The notes under the pieces: model-generated | What the model was told of the DNA's origin: nothing | Database searches by the model: none | What the model saw: the letters and a program-made list of their open reading frames with translations, nothing else | NCBI RefSeq assembly: GCF_018977255.1 | Contig: NW_024704742.1 | Span: 65,350,001-65,414,000, forward strand | Origin: Callorhinchus milii | Lineage: Eukaryota | Reading direction: 5' to 3' | DNA: 64,000 nt | Translations under genes and position numbers: made by a program | Shown: positions 26,424 through 39,808 of the stretch, in pieces | How positions within the stretch are numbered: position 1 is the first letter of the stretch | Layout of the letters: each line of letters opens with the position of its first letter

Positions 26424-27899
26424 CATTGGCAAAAAAATTGTAAGTGTTATAAGTCCTCTGGCCCAGTGATGATCATGTGACACGATTAATAATTTAGCCG
26501 TGTTCAGCAACATGAGCCGCCAAAGCACTGGTTCTCTATCAGACTAATTCAGTGTTTTTTTTGCTTACACATGAATGTTCGCCCTACGACTTGGCACTTT
26601 TCATTGGAGCTTTCCTTTTGTTGTTAGCAATACCCAATATTTATTGCACTCTTGGTAATCACGTGACTAATTACATGCGGTAGCTGACCAATTCTCTATC
26701 TGTGAAGTTTTGACGGTCTTGGTTTCCTTTTTCCTGGCTTGTTCCGATTACAGGTTTGCACTCACCATTTCTCACCGTCAATATCAGCCTGGCTTTAACA
26801 TTATTTGCGATGATCCAATCATAGTTAACATCCACTTGTCTGCAATCTCCTCCTCCCTCACTCCCCCTACCCCCCCAATCCCTTGTCTTCTGCTACCCGT
26901 TATTTTCTGTTAATGTCCCACCCTATACTACTTTGCCCCCATTTCTTCCTCATCTCTTACAACATAATAATAATGATAATAATCATTGCATTTGATACAG
27001 CGCCTTATCACATCGTTGAGATGTCTGAAAATGCTTCACACAATATACTGTAAAGTGGATTTGACTGTGTATTTTGTGGCCGAAACGCGGCTGCCAATTG
27101 TGCACCGGACTTTGAGACATTTGATGATGATTATTATTATAATGCCTGTCAACCTTCCTCTTGAAAGCTACAAAGGAGTTTCTTTGAAGTGTAGGGAATG
27201 TTGTTATTCAGTCCTGTCTGAATGCAAAACTCAGGTTACTGGAGTGAAATCTATGAATTCACTTTTCCCTTTTCCTGGAACTCCCCACCCCACAATGATT
27301 TCACATTCGCAAAATTAATGTCAGGGATTAGGCCTTTTTATAATATCTTACTGCCGTTTCATGTTAATAATAATAATCCTTACATTTGGCACAGAGTCTT
27401 TCATGTCAGGAGGACATCCCAAAGCACTTCACAGGATACACTGTGTGTTTTATTGCTATTATGCCTCAGCACATCAAAATATTTCAAAGCCCTTCACACG
27501 ACCCATTGTTTTGAAGTGTAGTGACTGTTACTACGCAGCCAAACATGGCAGTTAATCACCATGAAAATAGGAATTTTTAGGAACAGAGAAAACCATTGTT
27601 AACTATGAATCATGAAGAGATGAGTGACAACTTTCGGGCAGGGAATTAGATGAAGAATATTGGTTAACTTTACTGTTAAAAAGCTTCTGCTCTATTTTAG
27701 AATCACGTTGTTAGATCTTGAACAATGACCTGAGTCCCCAGAGCAGACAGACATTTGTCTCAACTCCAACAAGGCAGCAGTTCCCTCAGTAGCCCCCTCG
27801 CCTATGAACTTTGTTTTCCTTCGGTGGGTGGGTAAGTAAACAGGGTCTCTTTGCAGCTGAACTGGCTCCAAAGTGACAAGTTTGGCAACGGAATGTCAG

Positions 27900-28375
27900 A
27901 AGTCCTCTGTGGTGGTCTCGGTAGCCCAGTTCCTGAGCCAGGCGGGACCACAGTATTCCAGGGCACTGCTGATGACAGTACAGTCAGCCTGGCTCACTGG
28001 CAGGACCTGGAAGGGCAGACCAGTCACTGGGGGCAGGGAGTCATCCCACTCAACTCCTGTTAACCTTGCAAGCTAAAGCCCTAAAGGGTAGGGTGGTCCT
28101 GACAGGACAAGTAGCAGAAAGCTTGCCGGACAGTGATATCAATGGCAACTTGTGCAGTTTTACCTGGTTAGACTCCAGAAGTTACCCCAACACACACTCT
28201 GAGGTTCCCAAGCCTTGGCTCTTGCCAAACTGCGCCAAGTGCTCTCCAGAATGAGATGAGCAGGATGCATCTCTCCAGGGAAACAGCGTGTATTCCATCC
28301 AATACACTGGAATTCCCATGTGCAAGTGGGATGCATGGAATTCTCAGTTTGGTTTGGACACTCTTGAGCATAGTG
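27900..28375 (+). repeat. Unclassified dispersed repeat
   Basis: Aligns with the reverse complement of ~58400-58690 and with fragments at ~16470-16570, 42110-42160, 55875-55918, 61900-61985. Confidence 0.75.
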
Positions 28376-29346
28376 ATAGGTTTCATACATTTCCATGTCA
28401 GGCTGATCAAAAAAAGAGAGCTCAAATTTGGGTGTGCGGCTTGAACCTACAAGTCTTGGTGCTACTCACTAAACATTTGAAACTCGGTGTGGGGGGCGGG
28501 GAAGAGAATAAAATTGTGTAAATGTTCATAATGTTTTTACATTATCTGACAAGATAACAGCTAATGTACTGTAGAATAATCCTTTACCACAGGCGATGTA
28601 TAGATCAATATGCAGACACAGCACCGGTGATTGTGAGTGTGAGAAGAGCCTGGTCAAATTTCTCAGAGTGCCAGCAATGTGAAGTATATGGGTTACAGTT
28701 ATTTGATGTGGTTAATAGCGTTCAACATCAGTTACATTTCAGTTCACTTTGAAGTGCTTGCAGGGCCCCTTTCATACATCGTGACCACAAAAGTTCACCA
28801 CACTTTCATCAAAAGGTTTATTTTGACTTCTGCTGTGCACGGAGCAGCCACTTGAAGGGCCCGTTAAAACCGCCAGGCTCTGCACTTAATGATAATTCTG
28901 CTTGTTGTGGTTTCACAAGGACATGATGTATTTGAAGGAACAGTGCTGTTTTCTCTCTCGTTCTCTGTCACCTCCTATCCCCTCTTGAAGCTGTTTCACT
29001 ATTTTTCCTTCTTCTGGGTTTTGGGTTCTGGTTTCAGAGGTACCAGTCGCCCTTCGATATCTCACCCAATTGGCAATTACTCAAGTGTACGTCTTGACAG
29101 TAATGTTATTGGACCAGGCGTCATAGTCAAGTCTGATCCTGTCCTCACCCAAAACCTTCTCCAACACACTCCTTCAGAACAGCTTTTCTAGATAGCGATG
29201 AGGAGTGGGAAACTCTAGCCATATATAGCAGCTCCCACCACTACAACAACAAAAAAAATTATATTTATATGGCGCCTTTCACGTCGGAAGGACGTCTCAG
29301 AGTGATGATCCTGATTCCCTAGTTTGTGCTGAGTTTGCTGCTCTCA

Positions 29347-29715
29347 ACAACAACAACAACTTGCATTTATATAGTGCCTTTCACGCGGGGCAGCTTCTCG
29401 GAGCACTTAACAGTGGCGGAACCTGACGCCGAGCCAGGGGGAGGGAGGAGGTGTCCTTAAGTATGGTCGACAAGGAAGCTCTTCAGTCATGATCTAAAGG
29501 AGGGCAAGGAGGGGTCAAGGAGGAGGGATTAGGGGAGAGAGTTCAAAAGCTTCGGTGCATAATGGCTTAAGGCACGGCCTCTGATGGTGGAGCGGATGGG
29601 ACAAGGGAGAAGCAGGAGGCCGGAGCCAGACGATCGGAGACCGCAGTTAGTGGAGTGGGGAGAAAGTAGGTCAGAAAAGTAGGAAGTGCCAGGCGTGAAG
29701 GGATTCGTAGGTGAG
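29347..29715 (-). mobile_element. L2 LINE 3' fragment
   Basis: (AAC)n tail then ttgcatttatatagtgcc and the reverse of the L2 3' region. Confidence 0.82.
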
Positions 29716-31295
29716 TGAGACTAAGGATAGTGAGAGCAGCAAACTCAGCACAGACCAGGAAAACACTTGGGACACTTCCTGGTCTGTATGAGATGGATCA
29801 GTGGACCATTCCATCGAGTAATTGGGGAAGCAAAATGTTGGGGTTATTATTCAGGTTGAATAAAATCTACATTTCCACTTATTCCATGTCTCCTTTAAAA
29901 CTGAAAACATTGAAATTTTCAGTACATGGGCAGGGAGCTATTTTGCCTTCCTTCATGTCTGTGCCATTGCCATCTGCTCTGTTAACTCAACCTTTTTTTG
30001 TTATTAATTTCACTTTCCAGCTCTTTCCCCCAAATCCCTTAATGTTTTTAGTAGCTCGCAACGGATCTTTTAATCTCGTTACTTCAGCAAATATCTGTCT
30101 CCCTCTTAAACATTCCGTTTCATTCTCCGACATTTCATAGTATTTTCTTTTGTGCGTAAACGAATATAAATCTACTCATGCAAACGAGCGGCAGCAAAGC
30201 TTTGTTTATCACACCTGGTTTTCTGTTGTCCGAGCTGCAGTTACTATATGTTCAAGCCCTGAAGCTTTGTTAAGAGCACATTGATTTTAATGCTGTATTG
30301 AAATTCTATTATATTGATAAGACATGGATCAATACCATAGCAGCCAATACAATCAGACCCTGTTACAATGCTGTGTTTTTTTAATGATTCTACTGCACTT
30401 GCTCCTCTCGTCTGACTCAATGTTCTCATCTTGTTGTTGTTTTGGGTCCATAAAATCAGGCCATATTATAATGGGGTGTTCTATAAAAATGTGAGCAGCC
30501 TAGCGAAGCAGTCCCAATGATGTAGTAGATAAGCTGCTTCTTCAGCCACAAAATGTACAGTCACAGTCAATACACAGATGGTCACCCAGGAATCCCGGGC
30601 AGGGCAACATATTAAGCAAGTTTCCTTACTCCACACGCCTCTGTTTACCTGGCAATACGTAGGAACCCGTTTTTTAGTCGACTGACGGATCGCTTTCCAG
30701 GTGTAATAATTCATTACCAAATATAATATTCAATAATTTACTCACTCAATCCACGCTCGTTCTTTGGGACACTGCTGAGCGCAATTGGCTGCCGGGTTTC
30801 GCCCACAAAATATACAGTCAGTTCAATTTACAGTATATTCTATGAAGCACCTTGAAATGACAAATGCAAGGATTACTAGTATTATTATTAGAATAATGGA
30901 AAAAACACAGAACCTAGTATCTATGAAATGCTGAGTGGATTGTGAAAGTCTTACTCAAAGAGTAAAACCCACATTCCCCATAGGGATTCTGTCCATCTGC
31001 TTGTGGGATTATTTGTTGCAACACTAACAGGTGTCAATAGTCACTTAGTTACCAAGAGTAATTTCTGCCATTACTAAGTGATTAGGCAAAGGTTCAGCTG
31101 CGGTCATCTGCCCTGAGACTTTTTAATGTTTGTGTTTAGCTGCCATAGAAAGCTGTAACATAGTAATACTGTATTCAGTGAAACTCTGCTAAGTAGCAAC
31201 TGGGATAAGTAGACGACCCCACGTAACTAGTCACTTACTCAACACCCAGTTATTCAAGCACTTTGTACTTTTGAGATACTGTACTTTGGATAACT

Positions 31296-31612
31296 AGTCC
31301 TGTAGCTCAGTGGTTAGAGCACTCGCTTTGCAAGTGAGAGACCTGAGTTCAATTCCAGGCAGAGGGCGAAACCTTGGGCAAGTTTCCTTACTCCACACGT
31401 CTAATAATAATCCCTCCAAAACCCAAAACAATAATAAATTGATCATTTTCAATCTACGACTGTTTGTGGGACATTGCTGTGCGCAATTGGCTGCCGCGTT
31501 CGCCCACAAATATACAGTCAATTCACTTTACAGTGTGTTCTGTGAAGCGCTTTGGGACGTCCTCCCGACGTGAAAAGCGCTATATCAAATGCAAGGATTA
31601 TTATTATTATTA
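31296..31612 (+). mobile_element. Young tRNA-derived SINE, short variant, near full length
   Basis: A box TAGCTCAGTGG, B box GTTCAATTCC, body near-identical to copies at 40671 and 60205, (TTA)n tail. Confidence 0.93.
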
Positions 31613-31744
31613 ACTCTGATAAGTAGTCATTTGAGGTATTTTCCCGTGGGGTGGTGAGTTATCAGGGTTTCATTATAGTAAGAGGCCACTCGGCCCATCC
31701 AGTCGACTCCATCTTTCCATTAAATAATGTCAGATCTTTTAGCC

Positions 31745-32122
31745 AGTATCAGCCTGATTCAGTTCATAGCGCTGTCACATCTGAGTCGGAAGGTCAGGTG
31801 TTCAAGCCCCACATCGGGAATTTGAACTCACAGTCCAGGGGCACAATCCATCCTTTGAGGCATTAAACTGATGATAGTTAAACCGAGTCCTGTCTGCCTG
31901 TTCAGTTGGACATTAAGGATCCCATGAACTATTTGAAAAGAGAAGGAAATTTCTCCCAACATCCTGGCCAACAATCCCCCAAATAAAATTGATTCTTCAC
32001 TTAAAATTTGTGAATATTGCTGTATGCAAATTGGCTGCTGCATCCAGCTTCAAATCCACAGTCACTACACTTTGAGGTATTCACAACGATAAGGTGCTAC
32101 ATCAAATGCAAGGATTATTATT
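31745..32122 (+). mobile_element. Older Deu-domain SINE
   Basis: Same Deu core; other copies at ~2490+, 2745-, 10965+, 12410-, 13560-, 19130+, 25870-, 34485-, 37510-, 42270-, 52135+, 52860+, 56330-, 58715+, 59585+, 60790+. Confidence 0.75.
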
Positions 32123-33308
32123 AACATTTTATTATTTCTAAACCTTCAACAAATATGCCCCTAATCTCCGGAACTCCCTGAATCTGCCCTTCTGTTGCAG
32201 ACAGCTCTATCTGAATATTGTGTTGATGATTTGGGAATTTGAACTCACAGTCCAGTGGTTAATGTCCAAAGTCACATCCCCTGGTTTGAGTAATGGGGCC
32301 ACATCTCTTCAGTGCAATAATAAGTTTTCATTGTGAAATCAACGCCTGTAATCTTAGCCCCAGTGAAACACAAAACAGGGAGTCTAATGTTGAGAGCCCA
32401 TGGGATGACTAATATAGAAATGGCGCTGGAGAATGAGTTCAATGGATGAGGATGAGGCAGCTATACCCAGTCTTCCAATCCTAACCTGGTGTATGGTCCC
32501 AATTGATAAGTTGTATCAATTGGGACCATACATTTAATTAGACTTATGCAAAGTATGAGTTATGTGAAACTTATACAAGTCATATCATATATGACTTATA
32601 TAAAGTTATGCATGAGTTGGATTGATATGACTTAAATGTAACAAATCTGGTACTGGGTGCAAGACTTGGGTAAATATATTGTCTCAGTGCTAACAATGCT
32701 TATTGGTTTTCTTTTTGATTATCAATTGACTAACAAAAGAGGATCTGTTTGAATGTATTCGGCACTTCTCCAAAGGTCATGTGTGTATGGATGAAGGTTA
32801 CTTTAGTCAATATAAAGTGATCAACTGGATGAAGGTTACTACAACAACAATAACGAGAGTTAAGAGCACTATGGAGAGATCACTGTTGATCTGGATCTTG
32901 TTCATTGCATGTACAAGATCACTAAGGTGATGTCTCCCAATCCTGGATGGTCCACTTACCATGTTCATTGTTCTGCTCATCAGTTTATCCTACAACAATT
33001 TATATTGTGCTCTTCATGAGAGGTAACATCTCAGAACATCTCGGATCTCAAATACATAGAGAAACAAAATTTCATATTACACCATTTTCTTAACTTTTAA
33101 ATGCAGCCTGAATTATGAAGCCAGTTTCCTGTAGGGTCTTTTAAGAGCTGACAGAAAACTGGCTTCAAAATTAAGACTGAATTTAAAAATTCATCAAATT
33201 CTGCACACTCTGAAATAATAAAAAAATAGTTTAAGTCTAGACCCAGGTGGAATTTCCTCCCCATGGTGCCAGGTTGGTCTGTATGAAAACATGTTTTGTA
33301 ATAATAAA

Positions 33309-33667
33309 TAATAATAATCCTTGCATTTGATATAGTGCCTTACCATGCCATTGAGACATCTCAAAATGCTTCACAGAATATACTGTAAAGTGAATTGACT
33401 GTATATTTTGTGGGTGAAATGCGGTAGCCAAATGTGGTGTCCCACAAAAATTGTAAATTGAGTGACCATTAAAATGTTTTTGAATGGATTATTACCCCTG
33501 TAAAGAGATCCACCAATCGACTAACAACCAGGTTCCTACTTACTGATAGGTAAACAGAGCCGTGTGGAGTAAGGAAACTTGAATAAAGTTTCACCCTGCC
33601 CAGGAAACAAACTCAGGCCCTCTCACTTGTGAGGCGAGTGCTCTGACCAATTCGCCAGAGGACTCCA
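33309..33667 (-). mobile_element. tRNA-derived SINE, long variant
   Basis: Reverse complement of the long-variant consensus, ending ggactcca. Confidence 0.88.
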
Positions 33668-35149
33668 GAGATGCCAACATTCAGCCTCTATGCCCTTCCT
33701 CCCAACCAAGGATTTTAAGGTTGAAAAAACATCCATGAAACACCCTATATAAGGGCAAGGCATCTCCCCGTCCCCTTTGCTCTTTGGAGATTTATTCCCT
33801 TGCTCCTTTCTTCATTTTCTTTCAAGCACTCCGGGACCCTTAGTGCTTAGCTTTTTCAATGTCCTTTAAGACAACCTATCCAGCTGAATGTCATTTTCCT
33901 AAAAAGTATTCAATTTCTTGACCTCTCGAACTCCACCCCAGAGACCCTCTGACTCGTTCCCTCCTTTCCTATGTTCGAAGCCTGCCTCAATACTTCCCTC
34001 TTTGGCCGCACTTATCCTTCCCCTCTGGTCTTCTGCTCCCACCCCACAGCTTGGGTGCTCAGTCAGCAGTGTTGAGTGCTTTGAGATGTGAAATTGCTAT
34101 ATAAATGTAAATTGTTCTGTCTTGTATGTACATTTGACTCCATTTCAATAACCTTGCATGTAACATGAGATGATCCTCTATAACACTTGGGACTCTATAG
34201 ATTAAATATCAGATTTGTTCGTGTAGAAAACATAAACAGGAAAACAATGACATCCATAAATGCAATCTGTTATTGTTGTTGTTGTTCACTGAGTTTATTC
34301 GAAACAACCTGTTTATTGCCTTCCCCAATCATAGAACTGCATTATCCTGATTAGCAGAAAATGGGTTAAGACCGTTAAGCCTTTTGTACCTCAACAAAGA
34401 AGGTTAACATTCTAGGAAAAAAACACAGGATTAATTAAATACCACAGAACGATTATCAATATTTTTTTCCCAGTCAGGGCTATTATAATAATCCTTGCAT
34501 TTGATATAGCACCTATAACACTGAGAATGTCTCAAAAATGCTCAAAAAGTTTCTGTGAAGTGTAAAGGCAGACACTTTGCACACAGAAATGTCCCACAAA
34601 CAGCCACAAAGCGAAGGACCAATTTTATCTAGAAGATTGTTGACCAGGGCACTTTTCCTATTTAGTAGTGCCATGGGATCCTTAATGTCACTGAACAGGC
34701 AGACATGACATCAGTTTAACGTCACATCGAAATGCCAATATCTCAGACAATGAAGCATTCCCCTGAACTGCACAACCCACAACCTACTGACTCAGAAGTC
34801 AGACTGCTACTAGCTGAAACAGGCTCACACTTTTAAGTTCTTTTAAGTTCTGTAGGGTTTCTTTTACGAACCACAGAAAATGCACTTCGAAACTGAATTG
34901 AACAAATTGCCAAATTCGACACACCCTGAAATGCTACATTAAGAGAGGAAATCGAGACCCAGGTGGAATTTATATTATCACAAGATTAAATCAAAAGTAT
35001 TGGACTGATTCAATAGCTTAGTCCTTTTTTTGTTATTAAACACAGCTGCAAGGCTTAGGTTATTCAGTCATTTTTCAAACACATTGAAAGAGCTTCAGCT
35101 CTGCTCCTCCTTCTGCCAGGGGAGCTGCTCTCGGAGTGCCCATCTGTGG

Positions 35150-35775
35150 AGTGGAGTCCTGTAGCATATTAGAGCACTCACCTCGCAAGCGAGAGGACCC
35201 TGGTTCGATTCCTGAACGGAGTGAAAACTTAGGCAAGTTTCCTTACTTCACCCGCCACTGTTTTCCTGGCAGTAAATAGGAATCCAGTTGTTGGTTGATT
35301 AGCAAATCGCTTCTGGGGGTAATAAAATAATAATCCTTGCATTTGATATAGTGCTTTTCACGTCTTCAAGAAGTCACAAAGGGCTTCGCAGAATATACTG
35401 TAAAGTGAATTAACTGTTTATTTGTGGACAAAATGCAGCAGCCAATTGCACACAGCAGTGTCCCACAAACAGTCGTGGATTGAGTGACTAAATTATTATT
35501 ATTTTATTTTTTTCTTCAGGGATTATTATCAGGAGTGTGGAGTAAGCAAACTCGCCCTGCCGGGAATCGAATCCAGGCAAGTGCTCTAACCACTGAGTTA
35601 CTGAACTCCACAGGAGCTACAGGGTAATAATTCCTTTAAAAAATAACCATTTAGTCAATCAATCCACGACTGTTTGTGGGACACTGCTGTGCACAATTGA
35701 CTGTCATGTTTCACCCACAAAATATACAATCAATTCACTTTACAGTATATTCTGTGAAGCTCTTTGAGACATCTC
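35150..35775. mobile_element. Nested SINEs: + long variant interrupted by a - short variant (~35326-35612)
   Basis: + head at 35150 runs to gggggtaataa, an inverted copy follows, and the + copy resumes at agggtaataa (~35621). Confidence 0.85.
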
Positions 35776-36469
35776 AGTTGAGCTAGGACATTGACCTACT
35801 GAGAAATACTCAACAGAAGACCTAAAAACACTTGCAACTACTTGCTTTACATTCAGGTGAGATGTGAACAGAGTGAAGGGCTTCTGTTTGTAGTCAGAAC
35901 CTTACTTTGATTTGTGCTGTTTGTGGGACATTGCTGTGCATAAATTGGCCACCGCGTTCGCCTACAAAACACACAGTCACTACACTTTACAGTATATCCT
36001 GTGAAGCACTTTGGGACATCCTGCTGATGTGAAAGGTGCTGTAACAAATGTAAGGATTATCATTTTTTATTGATTTTGAATAAGATTTTCTGACCTTGTT
36101 TTATTTGCTGTTGGGTAGTTTTATTTGAAAAACATGTCGGACTGGATACATTTTTTCCATCTCTCACACAATAGAGTTAATGATGATACAGTGAAGTTAC
36201 ACAATGATAACTCAAATCCATTTTTGACTCTGACTTCATGCAAACCCACAAAAAACATCTTATCTGGCTGTTCAAATCCACATCTGTATGTACATATTCT
36301 CTGTCATGTACGAGAAATGAATACCAATGAGAAGGAAGTTGGAATAAACAAGGAAGGGAAGCAATGGTGAGGTTGATTTCACGGAATGCATTTCCTTTTC
36401 AAATATTTTTTTCTGCTCTTGCCACGTAAATATAGTTTATGACAAACGTTATTAATACTGCACAAGATG

Positions 36470-36645
36470 GATGGTCTAGTGGTTAAAAAGCCAACACCTA
36501 AGGCCACTATGGGACAAACAGGCCAGAAGATGGTAGGTTCAGATCCTGGTTTGTGCTGAGTCTGCTGATCTCAGCTAAGGCAATGGGGAGGGGAACATCA
36601 GCCATGGTTCCCACACATGATCACAATCCAGAGATCCCTTCAGCA
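36470..36645 (+). repeat. Old SINE-like repeat (tgtgctgagt.tgctgatctcagc family)
   Basis: Related sequence at ~6590-6730, 29310-29346 and 29731-29790; degenerate tRNA-like boxes tggtctagtggtt and ggttcagatcc. Confidence 0.55.
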
Positions 36646-37049
36646 ATCAACAATAATAATATTGCCGCTTTTCGCCCACAAAATACACTTTGCAATATTT
36701 TCTGTGAAGCGCTCTGAGATGTCTTAATGACGTGATAAGACCCTATATCAAATGCAAGGATTATTATTAATAATTCATTACCTTACATTACGTATAGCAC
36801 ATTTCATGTCAGGAGGATGTCTCATAGCGCTTTATGGGATATACTGTAAAGTGGTGTAACTAGATTTTGTGAATGAGTGCGACAGCCAATTTGCACTCAG
36901 CAATGTCCCACAAACAGTCATGGAATAAGTATTACTTGTAATAAACAACTTTATATCACTCATTACAAAAAAGCTATTGCTCTCAAATTCACAACTGTGA
37001 GTCATGTGGTGTGTACATGCCTTTCCCTATAAGTACTGCATTGCCATCC

Positions 37050-37420
37050 AACAGATAATTGTTCACTTTATTCTTCATTCCAAAATATATAACCTCACGT
37101 TTGTCTACATTCAATTTCATTTGTCATTTCTCTGCCCAATTAACTAATCTGTCTTTGTCCCCCTGAAATCACTAACAATCTTGTTAGCTACACTCTCTGT
37201 TTTTGTGTCATCTGCATGTTTAGAAATTGTGTCCCTTACAGCAGAATCCAGATCATTTTTATTTACTGTACATGGAGAAAAACAGTGGGCCTAACCCTGA
37301 CCCCTGGGGGACACCCTTAATTACGTGTCTCCATTGCAAATAACAACCCTGTACTCCCATCCTGTATTTCCTATCCTATAACCAGCTTTCTATCTATTCT
37401 GCTACCTTTCCATTAATACT
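37050..37420 (-). mobile_element. CR1 LINE RT fragment
   Basis: Reverse strand encodes GVPQGSGLGPLFF...NDLDSAVRDTISKHADDTK. Confidence 0.85.
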
Positions 37421-39808
37421 GTGCACCCTATTTTGTTTACCAAGCCCGCACCTTGTGCAACCTGATTTGAAACTTGGCTTGAGCCTAGCAGATTTCAGTT
37501 TCATAAAAATAATAATCCTTGCATTGGATATAGTGCCTTGTTGAAATGTCTCAAAATGTCATGACTGTCTACTTGTAGGCAACACAGCAGCCAATTTGCA
37601 AGCAGCGTTGCCCCCAAAACAGCTGTGAAAGGCCAATTTTTTTTAACAGGATTGTTGGCCAGGATACCATAAGAAACTCCCTTCTCTTCTCCAACATTGA
37701 CTTGGGATCTTTAACACCTCAACCTGAACAGGCACAGACTTGGTTTAACATCTTATCTGAAGGATGGCATCTCCAACAATGCCAAGTTTTGCAACTGTGT
37801 TGTCATTATTTTTCATCCACAAAATACAGTCAATCCACTTTACAGTATATTCTGTGAAGCACTTTGAGACGTCGCAATGACGTGATAAGGTACTATATGA
37901 AATGCAAGGATTATTATTATTATCTTAACATTTAGGCTTTCTGTGAAGCTGGTGCAAAGTGCGACACCTTCCAGCTGCAGGCTTTGTGGGTTTGTTAAGA
38001 GCTCAAAGCTGACATTTGAGGCCACTCTTGCCTGTTCCAGATTGAGGTCCCCTCATCTGCTTAACTGCCTGTTGCAGCTGCTGAGATCAAAATCCTTTGT
38101 TTGATAGCATCTGCACTAGTCTAATGTGCAGCCATGCACAATGTACATTCTGGTTGTGTTTCTGCTTTGCAATTTCAAACGTGGTAAAGTGGAAATGCTT
38201 TGAGGAATTAACAGGTTAATGCAAATTAATTTGCAAAGCCAAAGTTGTATAATGAAGTGTGGCGCGTACGCTTATTTACTGGACAACATGCTCCTGTTCC
38301 CGTAGACTTGACCATCTGAGAACACTGAATTAGAACCTCAACAGGCCAACCAGACAGCGAGCGTGACCTTACACAATCACAATACTGCTAGGATATAAAC
38401 AGCAGTTGTACAGCCAACACTAAGTAAACCTTTACTTGGTTATTTGTATAAATATATCAGAAGCAGAAAGGGGAAAGGATTTCTGATTTAGTTGTGTTTC
38501 ATTTAGTCCATGCAAAGCTGTTATCAATAAGTCTAATCAACTACAGGAAAGCACCTGATATGAACCTTGATCTTAGGTTGAAATACATTATTATAAGTTT
38601 GTATAGATCATTGGTAAGAATGGTCACATTTACAGTATTAGGAATCATCTTGGCTTAGTTGGTAGCACTTGTATCTGGTTGTGGGTTCAGGCCCCATGCT
38701 AGGATTTTGAACCCATAGTCTCGGCCGGGGTCCAACCTTTTGGCTGCTGAGAGTCAGATTTGAGAAAAGCCCATGTGCCGCAAAAGCAATATTTAATAAT
38801 CCTTAATAATAATAATTCTTGCATTTGATATAGAGCCTTATCACGTCATTGAGACATCTCAAAGCGATTTGCGGAATATATTGTAAAGTGGATTGCCTGT
38901 GTATTTTGTGGGTGAAATGGGGCATCTCCTCCTGTTCCTATGGTGAAATCAGGGTATTGTTCTGGCCTTGTCATTGTCCATTCCTTCTTTAAAAGCTAAC
39001 AGGGGGAGGAGGGTGAAGCTCACACTAAACTGAGGGTCAGTGGTTGTTGTAAACTTGTAACTTTGAAGAGAAAAATGTATATAAAATAATCTTATTTCTC
39101 ATGAGGAAGAACTTGGCTTGACGAGAACATGACTTAGCTGAACGCCCGAGGTATATTCCTTGCCTCTGTAGCATGGATCTTGTCGGCCAAATGTGCTTTG
39201 TTATCTACGTTGTGTCGAGTTATTACTGTCCTTTAAACAGCCAGACCTGATGAAACATGAGGCTATTGAGCTAACATTGTAAAGAAGCTTACACAAAATA
39301 ATATATTTACACAAACTAACACCCACCCACACGTAGGTGAAACTACAAACTTACTGAAATACCATGAGTCACTATATCTACAAATTATTTTACTTCTTTC
39401 ACACACTCAGAAAGTATTCTTAATTAGTGGTTTCCCATAACAACCCCCTCCTGAAATCCAATAATTTTTCAGCATTTTCTGTTTAAAAGTGGAAGAAATT
39501 GCAATTATATACGTTCCCTTCCAACTCTAACCTCAACCTCCCTAACCCCACTCTCAAACTCACTGAACCAGTGTGCAACCTCAGCGTCCAGTTCAATCCT
39601 CAGCACTGCTTCCTTACATTTGAGCTTTCAGTCACAATAACCCTAATCTCTGGAACTCCATCTCTCTAACCCTCTGCCTCCACCTCCTCTTTAACTGTCT
39701 TCAAATCCCACCTTAAAAATCCCACCAAGTGCCAATAGTCATCTCCCCTTCTCCATCTTCTCTTGCACTGAGAATCAAAGCAGACTAGGTGGGGCGAATG
39801 GCCTCCCT

